The translations under genes and the position numbers were made by a program. DNA of 36,310 bases, from assembly GCA_016206405.1 (NCBI GenBank), contig JACQRQ010000268.1, positions 1 to 36,310 of the forward strand. Direction: 5' to 3'. The DNA is from Elusimicrobiota bacterium. GTDB lineage: Bacteria > Elusimicrobiota > Elusimicrobia > O2-12-FULL-59-9. Positions 8,982-16,966 of the stretch are shown here, piece by piece (positions within the stretch are counted from its first letter, which is position 1; the number at the start of each line of letters is the position of its first letter). Under the pieces are notes generated by a model. It had not been told where the DNA came from. It searched no databases and saw nothing but the letters and a program-made list of their open reading frames with translations.

Positions 8982-9626
8982 ATGCCTGAAACCGCTGAAA
9001 AAAATATTCCATCGAGTTGGGTCTACCGCTACCAAAACGGGCTCTACGTGAATTTGACCAATCGCTGTCCGACCGCCTGCGCCTTCTGCATCAAGAGCGC
9101 GTGGAAGATGAGGTATCGAGGATACGACTTGCGGCTGCGCAAAGAGCCGGCGGCGCAGGAGGTGCTGCGGGAGGTGGCCGGAGCGGCCGCTTTCGGCGAG
9201 CTCATCTTCTGCGGCTACGGAGAACCCACCTACCGGCTTCAAGAAATGCTGGAAATCGCCCGCCATCTCAAGGCGGAATGGAAAAGGCGGCCCGACGCGC
9301 CTCGCATCCGGCTCAATACCGTCGGCCTGGGCAGCCTCATTCATGGGCGCGACATCGTCGCCGATTTGACCGGCAGCATTGATTCCGTCTCCGTCAGCCT
9401 CAACACGGCCGACCCAAAACAGTGGCTGAGCCTGATGCGGCCGGCGGCGCCGTACCGCAAGGAAGGCTTTGAAAGCGTGCTGCGCTTCATCCGCCTATGC
9501 GCGCGGCTTTTGCCCGAAACCTGCGTGACCGCCGTGGACCTGCCGGAAGTGGACATCGCCAAGTGCAGGTCCACAGCGCGCGCTTTAGGCGCCAAGTTCC
9601 GCCTGAGACCATTATTGGACCCGTGA
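8982..9626 (+). CDS. Radical SAM protein of the TatD-associated family
   Basis: LYVNLTNRCPTACAFC, L.L.KEP, FCGYGEPT, IRLNT.GLGSLIHGRDI and SVSLN motifs; starts 2 nt after the moaA stop. Confidence 0.82.
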   Translation: MPETAEKNIPSSWVYRYQNGLYVNLTNRCPTACAFCIKSAWKMRYRGYDLRLRKEPAAQEVLREVAGAAAFGELIFCGYGEPTYRLQEMLEIARHLKAEWKRRPDAPRIRLNTVGLGSLIHGRDIVADLTGSIDSVSVSLNTADPKQWLSLMRPAAPYRKEGFESVLRFIRLCARLLPETCVTAVDLPEVDIAKCRSTARALGAKFRLRPLLDP

Positions 9627-9650
9627 CGTTTTTTTGCGCGGCTGGGGCTG

Positions 9651-9678
9651 TTGACTACGCCTGCGGGTTTGCTAGAAT
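9651..9678 (+). promoter_or_regulatory. Putative sigma70 promoter for the Sel1-repeat gene
   Basis: TTGACT (9651-9656), 16-nt spacer, TAGAAT (9673-9678) with extended -10 TG. Confidence 0.5.
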
Positions 9679-9722
9679 AAGCTACGGCCGCTTGGCTCGG
9701 GTTTTGGCGCCCGCATAATAAA

Positions 9723-10679
9723 ATGTTCCGCTGGATTTACCAAAAATCCATTCTTTTGGTTTTGCTGCTGATCGTGCTGCCATCGGCTATCGTCAATTCT
9801 TTGCCGGAATACACGCGCATCGGCCTTCACTACAGGGCACTGATGAGATTCAAGGCCCTCCCCAAGGCAAAAAAAGGGGACGTGCTGTCTCAGCGGCTTT
9901 TGGGGCAAAGATACGCCAGGGGCTTGTTCACGCAAAAAAATCCGGCCGAGGCGGTGAAGTGGTACCGCCAAGCGGCCGACCAAGCAGACATCACATCCCA
10001 ATTTGAGCTCGGCAAGCTTTACGCCTCGGGCGAGGGGCTGCCCGTGGATTATCCCGAGGCGCTCAAATGGCTCTATAAGGCCGCCGAGAAAGGCCATGTG
10101 GAGGCGCAAAGCAACATCGGCACATTTTACGAAAACGGCATGGGCGTCCGGCAAGACTACCTCGCGGCAGCGAAATGGTACTACCGCGCCGCCACGCAGG
10201 GCTACGCCGACGCGCAGTTCAACCTAGGCAATTTGTACCTGCAAGGCTTGGGCGTTAAGAAGAATCCCGCAAAAGCGGAGGAATGGTACCGCAAGGCGGC
10301 CAACCAGAGCCACAGCGAAGCTCAATTCAACCTGGGCTACCTATATTACTCCGGAGAAGCCGGCGGGCGGGATTACGAGCGAGCGGCCAAATGGTTCCGC
10401 GACGCCGCCGACCAGGGCAATGTCCTGGCCCAATATTATCTGGGGCTGCAGTACAGCCGCGGGGTAGGCGCGCCCAAAGATCCAGCCAAAGCGGCGGATT
10501 GGTTCCAAAAAGCGGCCGAGCAAGGACATGAGGACGCCCAACTGCAGCTCGGCGTCATCTATTATCACAATCAGAAATTGGATGAAGCCAACGAATGGCT
10601 GACTCTGGCCGCTGAACAGGGAAACGCCGAAGCAAAAACCTACCTGGATAAAATCCAGCCTGTTCTTAACAATAAATGA
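9723..10679 (+). CDS. Sel1-like repeat protein with N-terminal membrane anchor
   Basis: About seven 36-aa repeats of the form AQFNLG.LY..G.GV.KD..KA..WY.KAA.QG; hydrophobic N-terminal segment. Confidence 0.93.
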   Translation: MFRWIYQKSILLVLLLIVLPSAIVNSLPEYTRIGLHYRALMRFKALPKAKKGDVLSQRLLGQRYARGLFTQKNPAEAVKWYRQAADQADITSQFELGKLYASGEGLPVDYPEALKWLYKAAEKGHVEAQSNIGTFYENGMGVRQDYLAAAKWYYRAATQGYADAQFNLGNLYLQGLGVKKNPAKAEEWYRKAANQSHSEAQFNLGYLYYSGEAGGRDYERAAKWFRDAADQGNVLAQYYLGLQYSRGVGAPKDPAKAADWFQKAAEQGHEDAQLQLGVIYYHNQKLDEANEWLTLAAEQGNAEAKTYLDKIQPVLNNK

Positions 10680-10706
10680 TTCTTCGTCGCACCCTGAGCG
10701 CTTTCC

Positions 10707-10777
10707 CGCTCGACGACTCGATCACTTGCCCCTCTGCCACTCTACCACTATACCACTCTATCACTGTACCACTACCA
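10707..10777 (+). repeat. Degenerate octamer tandem array (CACTCTAC family), copy 1
   Basis: cgctcgac-gactcgat-cacttgc-ccctctgc-cactctac-cactatac-cactctat-cactgtac-cactac. Confidence 0.85.
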
Positions 10778-10834
10778 TAACGGCTCATACCGCCGGCTTA
10801 GCAGCGTTCCATCAAGGGGGTAGAAGTCGGATTC

Positions 10835-11572
10835 TTACGGCTGTGGGTGTTGGGCGGGACGCGAATAGGTGACGATGTCATCATCTACCAGGCGGATGCC
10901 AAAATCCCGCCCTTTATCGTTTTCAGCAAACCACCAAATCTGCTTTTTGAGTTCTTCCTTCGTATAGGTCCATACCCGGAAGTCCCAGCCTTCAGGCCAG
11001 AAAACGGACAGAGTTTCCGTAAACCGGTCCTGCGAGTAGTAAATCCTGTAATCCCGGCTTCCGAAATGAAGCGGCGTCGCCTTGGACTGAAGATTCCAGT
11101 AAAGGTCTTGGAGCTGCAGTTGGACGGCGGGAGCGGGCTGTTTAAACGGCGTGAAGGTGATGAGGGCGTTGGGCTCGATCCGCTCCTTGCGAATATCGAA
11201 AAATTCGCCCGCGCCGAAATTCCAGGAGTAAACGCCCGTCTCCAAACGCTGAAACTCCCAGGAATATTCGGTCGAGCTTCCATAGTTGCGCGAGTAGCCC
11301 AGGCGGCGGTTGCCCTGGTCGTCAAAGAGGATGTAAAAGAGATATTCCTCGCGGCCGAGGCGCAGCCATCTGCCCGCGCCGCGCTGCCGCTGCTCAATTT
11401 GAGTCAAACCCAGGCGGCCCTCTTCTTGTTCGGCCGAGAGGGCAACCGTCACGGGGACGGGTTGGGACGCGTACGAGTCGAACCAGTTGCCTTCCTGCCG
11501 GAGCTTCTCCAAGCCGCCGGCCCATGTTCCGGAGGGGATGAGCCACAGCGCCCCGATCAATATTTTGAGCAT
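10835..11572 (-). CDS. Hypothetical secreted protein
   Basis: 245-aa ORF, signal-peptide-like MLKILIGALWLIPSGTWA, aromatic-rich composition with an apparent twofold internal repeat, and a well-formed promoter immediately upstream. Confidence 0.75.
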   Translation of the reverse strand: MLKILIGALWLIPSGTWAGGLEKLRQEGNWFDSYASQPVPVTVALSAEQEEGRLGLTQIEQRQRGAGRWLRLGREEYLFYILFDDQGNRRLGYSRNYGSSTEYSWEFQRLETGVYSWNFGAGEFFDIRKERIEPNALITFTPFKQPAPAVQLQLQDLYWNLQSKATPLHFGSRDYRIYYSQDRFTETLSVFWPEGWDFRVWTYTKEELKKQIWWFAENDKGRDFGIRLVDDDIVTYSRPAQHPQP

Positions 11573-11578
11573 GAATTT

Positions 11579-11607
11579 ATGTTAACTTTTACGGTTTAAA
11601 GTGTCAA
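11579..11607 (-). promoter_or_regulatory. Sigma70-type promoter, probably producing a leaderless mRNA
   Basis: Minus strand TTGACA-17 nt-TAACAT, then 6 nt to the ATG at 11572; no SD. Confidence 0.65.
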
Positions 11608-11640
11608 ATAAAAAAACCGCTTCCGAACTGAGTGTATTTT

Positions 11641-11693
11641 CACTCTACCACTTTACCACTCTACCACTTTATCACTTCTTCACCGCCCCACTA
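11641..11693 (+). repeat. Octamer tandem array, copy 2
   Basis: cactctac-cactttac-cactctac-cactttat-cacttctt-caccgccc-cacta; abuts the thiolase stop codon. Confidence 0.85.
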
Positions 11694-12845
11694 TGATGTT
11701 CTTTCAACCGCCACCGCCACCGCCTCGCCTCCGCCCAAGCAGATGGCCGCCACGCCGCGGCGAAGATTTTCCTGTTTTAAGGCATGCAGCAGCGTCACTA
11801 AGATACGGGCTCCGCTGGCTCCGATGGGGTGGCCCAAAGCGACGGCCCCGCCGCGGACGTTGACCTTGTTGGCGGGAATGCCGGCCAGCTTCATGACCGC
11901 CAAAGCCACGACGCTGAAGGCCTCGTTGATCTCAAAGAGGTCCACTTCCGCAACCTTCCAGCCCAGCTTTGAAAGCAGTTTTTCGATGGCGCCGGCGGGC
12001 GCGGTGGTAAACCACTCCGGCTCCTGACTGTGCGTGGCCCAGCCGCGGACGGCGGCCATCGGTTCAAGACCGAGCGCTTGAGCCCGGGAAGCGGAAGCCA
12101 GCACCAGCGCCGCGGCTCCATCGTCGATCTTGGATGAATTAGCCGCCGTCACGCTGCCGCCGGGCTTGAAAGCGGGCTTAAGTTTGGAGATTTTTTCAAA
12201 TTTGACCCGCTGGGGCTCCTCGTCCTCCAAGAGGCCGTCCACGACCGCGATCTCCTCGGCGAAAAGTCCCTTGCGCTGCGACTCCTGAGCTCTCTGGTAG
12301 CTCAGTATCGCGAAAGCGTCCTGCTCCTCCCGCGAGATCGCGTGCTTTTCCGCGCAAAGCTCTCCGCAGATGCCCATCGACATGTCCTTATACGGGTCCC
12401 ACAACCCATCTTTAATCACTGAGTCGATCAATTGGCTGTGTCCCAGGCGGTAACCGGAGCGCGCCTTTTCCAAAAGGTAGGGCGCCTTGCTCATGGATTC
12501 CATGCCGCCCGCCACGACGATGGAGGAGTCGCCCAGCCGGATGGACTGAGCCCCCAACATCACCGCCTTCAGGCCCGAGCCGCAGACTTTGTTGACCGTC
12601 GTCGCGCCCGTTTGAACGGGAATGCCGGCGCCGATGGACGCTTGGCGCGCGGGGGCTTGGCCGATGCCGGCGGAAAGAACGTTCCCAAAAATCACCTCAT
12701 CCACATTTTTGGGCGCGAGGCGGGCCGCTTCCAGAGCCCCGACAATGGCTTTGGCGCCGAGTTGAGGCGCCGTGTAGCTGGCCAGCGCCCCGTTGAGAGT
12801 CCCGATGGGCGTCCGGCGACCGCTTAAAATGACGGTTTGTTCCAT
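11691..12845 (-). CDS. atoB: Acetyl-CoA C-acetyltransferase (thiolase)
   Basis: NKVCGSG, GGMESMS, EINEAF, GHPIGASG and CLGGG catalytic motifs; GGAGG RBS. Confidence 0.95.
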   Translation of the reverse strand: MEQTVILSGRRTPIGTLNGALASYTAPQLGAKAIVGALEAARLAPKNVDEVIFGNVLSAGIGQAPARQASIGAGIPVQTGATTVNKVCGSGLKAVMLGAQSIRLGDSSIVVAGGMESMSKAPYLLEKARSGYRLGHSQLIDSVIKDGLWDPYKDMSMGICGELCAEKHAISREEQDAFAILSYQRAQESQRKGLFAEEIAVVDGLLEDEEPQRVKFEKISKLKPAFKPGGSVTAANSSKIDDGAAALVLASASRAQALGLEPMAAVRGWATHSQEPEWFTTAPAGAIEKLLSKLGWKVAEVDLFEINEAFSVVALAVMKLAGIPANKVNVRGGAVALGHPIGASGARILVTLLHALKQENLRRGVAAICLGGGEAVAVAVERTS

Positions 12846-12886
12846 AATAACCTCCCCTTGTCACACCCTGCGCTTCTCAACGACAA

Positions 12887-12915
12887 TGGCAAAGTGGTGT
12901 GCCACTCTATCACTT
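12887..12915. repeat. Short inverted pair of octamer-family units, copy 3
   Basis: tggcaaagtgg-tgtg-ccactctatcactt: G-rich and C-rich units head to head, able to form a hairpin. Confidence 0.55.
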
Positions 12916-12932
12916 CAGTTTGTTAAGGAAAA

Positions 12933-13649
12933 CTAGGTAAAATACACGGCCCGGCCCACAAAGCCGCACAGGACCGACGCAACGGCGCCGACGGCCATAT
13001 TGAACCAGGTGATGTCTTGAATGCGCCGGAGCTTCAAGTAAACCAAATACGCCGTCCACGCCAGCGCCATGGGAAACCATAGGCGGCCCGGCAAAAAAAA
13101 GCAAAGGCAGAGGACGAGCCTCTCCGCCATCCCCAGATACTTGGCGTCAAAATCCGGAAATACGCCGTTGAAGAAATCCTTCTCTAAAAAATAAATCATC
13201 ACCGTCGTAAAATGCGTCACCAGGACGAAGAGGATTCCCAAAATCACCCAGCGCTCCGGTATCGGCCGCTGCATCCCTCCGCCCGTGAGCATCTCCAAAG
13301 GGAAAACCATGAAGATGACGGCATAATGAATGAATTGGTCCCAAACGAAATAAAGCGTGTTGTCGGAGGTGTGGAACTTGAAAATCGTGAACACCCGCCA
13401 TTGGTCCTCAATGAAATGAGTGATAAAAATGATCAAAACGCAGGCCCAGCCTTGAAGCCGGAAATATTGATTATCGACCCAGTAATCGCCCAGGTAGCGG
13501 TAGGTCAATAGGAGGTTCACAACCGGGTGCATGCCGCTGTGAAACAGCATGCCCATGACGTTGCTGCGCTTCCAATGGTTGACGAAATTGGATTGCAGCG
13601 TGAAGTCGGCGATCAAATGCCCCAGGACCAGACGCCAAAATATCAGCAT
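12933..13649 (-). CDS. DUF3307-like membrane protein
   Basis: GHLIADFTLQ, H...H, THFIED and WDQFIH His/Asp motifs in a multi-TM protein. Confidence 0.7.
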   Translation of the reverse strand: MLIFWRLVLGHLIADFTLQSNFVNHWKRSNVMGMLFHSGMHPVVNLLLTYRYLGDYWVDNQYFRLQGWACVLIIFITHFIEDQWRVFTIFKFHTSDNTLYFVWDQFIHYAVIFMVFPLEMLTGGGMQRPIPERWVILGILFVLVTHFTTVMIYFLEKDFFNGVFPDFDAKYLGMAERLVLCLCFFLPGRLWFPMALAWTAYLVYLKLRRIQDITWFNMAVGAVASVLCGFVGRAVYFT

Positions 13650-13665
13650 ACAACAGCCGGACGGC

Positions 13666-15861
13666 CTACTTGGCCGTTAAAGCAAAGACGGGCTCCCATT
13701 CCGCGGGAGGCGGGATGAGCACGTAATCATTGCAGGCTTTTAAGTAAATCGCCGACGGCTTATCGGCCGGATTGAGTTTGGCGACCTGTTGGAAACAGCG
13801 CTGCGCCTCGGCAAAATTCTTGTTTTGATAGTGCCCGAGCCCCTCGACGTAAATCGGCAGGGTTTTGGCATGCGCCGCCGGCAGCTGCCCTTTCTTGCCC
13901 AAGAGCTCATACACGCGGATGGGCACCTGTTTTCCAACGACCCGCACACGGCCCAGCTCGCGGCACTCCACGGAGCCTTCCGCTCCGGAAACGGTCGCCT
14001 CGCTGGCCATAATCCGCGTGCCGAAAAATTTATTGGCCCCCTCCAGCCGGGAACCCAGGTTGACCTCATCGCCTATGACGGTGTAAGAGAAGCGCATCGT
14101 CGAGCCCATGTTGCCGACCACCATCGCGCCTGAGTTGATGCCGATGCGGACATCGGGAGTGACCTTGGCGCCGTTTTGTATGGCCTCGGCGTTGAGCTTT
14201 TCAAGCACTTCCAGGCATTCGACCGCCGCCTGGCAGATGAGGGCGCGGTGGCGCGGCTGGTCCACCGGCGCGTTCCAAAACGCCATGATGCAGTCCCCGA
14301 TATACTTATCCACCACGCCGTCGTAGCTGATGATGGTGTCGGTCAGCGCCGACATATACTTGTTGAGGAAGCGGGTGAGCTCTTCCGGATCCATCTTTTC
14401 CGAAATGGTGGTGAAGTGCGCGATGTCCAAAAAGAAAACCGACATGTCGCGCCGGTCGCCGCCGAGCTTGAGTTTGCTGGGGTCGCTGACGACCGCGTCG
14501 ACCACCTTCGGCGATAGATATTGGCTGAACGTGCTCTTGATCCAGCGTTTTTCCTGCTGCTCCGTCAAAACGCGGTGCACGGACAGCACCATGAACGACC
14601 CGGCCAAGGAGACCGCCGGGGCGATAAAATCCAGATGCCAAAGCATTTTATAAAGCGCGAAATTACTCAGCGCCCAGAGAGCCAAAACGCCGCAAACCAC
14701 CGCGGCCCCATGCATGGCGGAAAGCTTGCGCAGGGACACCGGAACCCAGATGAACAATAGGGTGAAAAACAACGCGACCAAAGGCGTCATCTGCCGGATG
14801 TAATCGTCGTTTAAAATATTGTCGATGGAGTTGCCATGGATTTCGACCCCGGCGAAGGTGGACGTAAACGGCGACGGATAATGGTCGTAAAGGCCGATGC
14901 TCGTAGACGCGATGAGCGCCAGGCTTCCCCGCAGCAGGCGCCGCTCCTCATTGGAAAGACGGTCCTGAAGAAGGTCCATAATGGAGATATAGCGGTACAC
15001 CGACTGGATATAGCTTTCGGGCTCCTGGTCCGATTTCGGCCAGCCGGGATGGTAGACCAGCTGCTGGGGCGCGCGGGAGTTGATGATGGTATACCAGCGC
15101 GTGCGCCGGTACTTGTCGGTAAAGTATTTGAGCGGTTTTCCGGTGAAGCTGGCGGCGGCCGCCACGTCCAGGGAGGGGTAGGGCACCGTATACTCCTCGT
15201 CGTAGTAATGGCTGTCGTCAAAAATCATCGCGCGGCGGATATGGCCGTCCGGATCGATGACGTTGTTGACGTTGGGATAGGCGAGATACTGGCTGGTTTC
15301 GATCAACTGCGGGATCGGCGGCCGGACCATGCCGACGCGCCCATCCTTGGTAATTTGAGTCTCGACGGTGGCCAAATGCACGACGTTGCCGGCCCGGGCC
15401 GTGGCTTGCCCCAGAAGATCGTCCCCTTCCGGATGCAGGATGTTGGGATCGGGGAAAAGCACGTCGAAAACGATCGTTTTCACCCCCAGCTCCTTTAAGC
15501 GCTCGACCGCCTGGGCGTAAAGATTTCTTGGAAACGGCCAAGCGCCCAAATGCTTGATGGAGTCGTCGTCGATGGCGATCACGATGATCCGCTTGTCTCC
15601 CAGCTTGCCCCCCGTCATTCTCTCATCCATCAGGAACAGGGCGTCCTGCCAGCGGTTGTCGCTGCCCCTCCAGGCGCCCTGGAGGGTCAAAGCCAGCATC
15701 AAGACGCTGAAACAAGACGCGAAAAAAACGGCGAAATTGGTCTTGGCTTGTTCCTTGACGAGATCGGCCAACGGCTTGAACCGCCCGGCGAAGTCGAGCA
15801 GTTTTTCAATGACGGGTTCCAGCTTCCAGAGGAAGCGTTCCAATAGGCTGGGAGCTTTCAT
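13666..15861 (-). CDS. CHASE2-domain class III adenylate/guanylate cyclase
   Basis: CHASE2 motifs (IAIDDDS..LGAWPFPR, FDVLF, DPDGHIRR, GVEIH), three TM helices, cyclase motifs FLDIAHFT, DKYIGD and YTVIGDEVNLGSRLE, and a TPR-like tail. Lys in DKYIGD favours ATP. Confidence 0.93.
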   Translation of the reverse strand: MKAPSLLERFLWKLEPVIEKLLDFAGRFKPLADLVKEQAKTNFAVFFASCFSVLMLALTLQGAWRGSDNRWQDALFLMDERMTGGKLGDKRIIVIAIDDDSIKHLGAWPFPRNLYAQAVERLKELGVKTIVFDVLFPDPNILHPEGDDLLGQATARAGNVVHLATVETQITKDGRVGMVRPPIPQLIETSQYLAYPNVNNVIDPDGHIRRAMIFDDSHYYDEEYTVPYPSLDVAAAASFTGKPLKYFTDKYRRTRWYTIINSRAPQQLVYHPGWPKSDQEPESYIQSVYRYISIMDLLQDRLSNEERRLLRGSLALIASTSIGLYDHYPSPFTSTFAGVEIHGNSIDNILNDDYIRQMTPLVALFFTLLFIWVPVSLRKLSAMHGAAVVCGVLALWALSNFALYKMLWHLDFIAPAVSLAGSFMVLSVHRVLTEQQEKRWIKSTFSQYLSPKVVDAVVSDPSKLKLGGDRRDMSVFFLDIAHFTTISEKMDPEELTRFLNKYMSALTDTIISYDGVVDKYIGDCIMAFWNAPVDQPRHRALICQAAVECLEVLEKLNAEAIQNGAKVTPDVRIGINSGAMVVGNMGSTMRFSYTVIGDEVNLGSRLEGANKFFGTRIMASEATVSGAEGSVECRELGRVRVVGKQVPIRVYELLGKKGQLPAAHAKTLPIYVEGLGHYQNKNFAEAQRCFQQVAKLNPADKPSAIYLKACNDYVLIPPPAEWEPVFALTAK

Positions 15862-15873
15862 AACCAGACCACC

Positions 15874-15902
15874 ATTCTATCCCCGCATGAGGAGATTGTC
15901 AA
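15874..15902 (-). promoter_or_regulatory. Sigma70 promoter for the cyclase gene
   Basis: Minus strand TTGACA-17 nt-TAGAAT, ending 12 nt before the ATG at 15861. Confidence 0.65.
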
Positions 15903-15922
15903 TCCTTACCTGAAAACAATTT

Positions 15923-15931
15923 TGTTATACT
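15923..15931 (+). promoter_or_regulatory. Extended -10 promoter for the radical SAM operon
   Basis: TGtTATACT ending 9 nt before the ATG at 15941; no SD and no good -35. Confidence 0.5.
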
Positions 15932-15940
15932 ATCTTCCGC

Positions 15941-16966
15941 ATGCGCGCGACGGCGCTGGAAATTCCTCTCGTCTCACCTCCCGGCAATTTGCCGGGCCGG
16001 ACTTCCAGCGGCCTGGAAGGAGCGATACTTCGCGCTCTGGCGTACGCGGACGTCTTCGACTACCCGCTGTCTTTGGAAGAAATCCACCGCTACCTGGACG
16101 GATCGCAAGCCTCCAAAGAAGAAACGCTCTCCATTTTGTCGAGCCATCGGATGCGCCGGGAGGTCGGCCGGCTGCGGGGCTTGTATGCGCTGGCGGGGCG
16201 CGAAAATCTGGCCGGGACGCGCCTTCGCCGCGCCCAATTTTGCGCCCGGCTGTGGCCGCGGGCGCTGCGATACGGCCGCTGCATCGGCCGGCTTCCCTTC
16301 GTGCGGCTGGTCGCCGTCACGGGCGGCCTGGCGATGAACAACGTGGACCCCGATGGAGACGTCGACATCGATTATTTCATCGTCACGGCGCCGCGGCGGT
16401 TGTGGCTCTGCCGCTTGGCGGTTCTGGCTCTGACCAAGGCCGCCTCCCGGTTCGGCTTCCGGCTTTGCGCCAATTACTTTCTTTCCGAACAGGCGATGCG
16501 GGTGCCTGAAAGAAATCTTTACACCGCACGGGAAATCTGCCAGATGGTTCCCGTGGCGGGCATGGAAACTTATAGAGAACTTCGCCGGCTCAATGATTGG
16601 ACCTCCGATTTCCTGCCAAACGCGGGCCAAGAACCCGATACCGGCTTTCTTAATAAGCGTTGGGCTCCCGCTCCGGCCGTCCGGGAACCTCTCCAACGTC
16701 TGGCTGAAGCAACGTTAAGAAGGAGGGCTTTCGACCCCCTCGAAGGCTGGGCCATGAACCGCCTCTCTAGAAAACTGGTCAAGCTAAGCATCTTGGCCGA
16801 AGCCGAAGCGCGGGCCACCTTCACTCCCGATTGGCAAAAATCGGTGCGACTGGGCAAATATCCCGCAATCATGGAAGCTTTCCAGCGGCGGCTTGACCGC
16901 CTCGGGCTTGCGGAACGTGGGCCGGAGCGCGGCCGTCAAAAAATCCTGCTTCCCGCTTTCCAATGA
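15941..16966 (+). CDS. Uncharacterised protein with a Pol-beta-type nucleotidyltransferase motif
   Basis: VAVTGGLAMNNVDPDGDVDIDYFIVT fits hG[GS]..DxD; LAYADVFDYPL N-terminus, CANYF and NLYTARE segments. Confidence 0.65.
   Translation: MRATALEIPLVSPPGNLPGRTSSGLEGAILRALAYADVFDYPLSLEEIHRYLDGSQASKEETLSILSSHRMRREVGRLRGLYALAGRENLAGTRLRRAQFCARLWPRALRYGRCIGRLPFVRLVAVTGGLAMNNVDPDGDVDIDYFIVTAPRRLWLCRLAVLALTKAASRFGFRLCANYFLSEQAMRVPERNLYTAREICQMVPVAGMETYRELRRLNDWTSDFLPNAGQEPDTGFLNKRWAPAPAVREPLQRLAEATLRRRAFDPLEGWAMNRLSRKLVKLSILAEAEARATFTPDWQKSVRLGKYPAIMEAFQRRLDRLGLAERGPERGRQKILLPAFQ

Noticed and set aside
9870-10660. Periodicity of about 108 bp in the DNA
   Set aside because: Explained by ordinary Sel1 protein repeats.
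10847-11599. 250-aa plus-strand ORF opposite the orphan gene
   Set aside because: The minus-strand ORF has a signal peptide, internal repeat and matching promoter; the plus-strand one has none.
11632-12027. ORF beginning [12 protein letters not shown], resembling the radical SAM 1 tail; considered as a RiPP precursor
   Set aside because: The similarity comes from translating the same DNA repeat; the rest is antisense to the thiolase.
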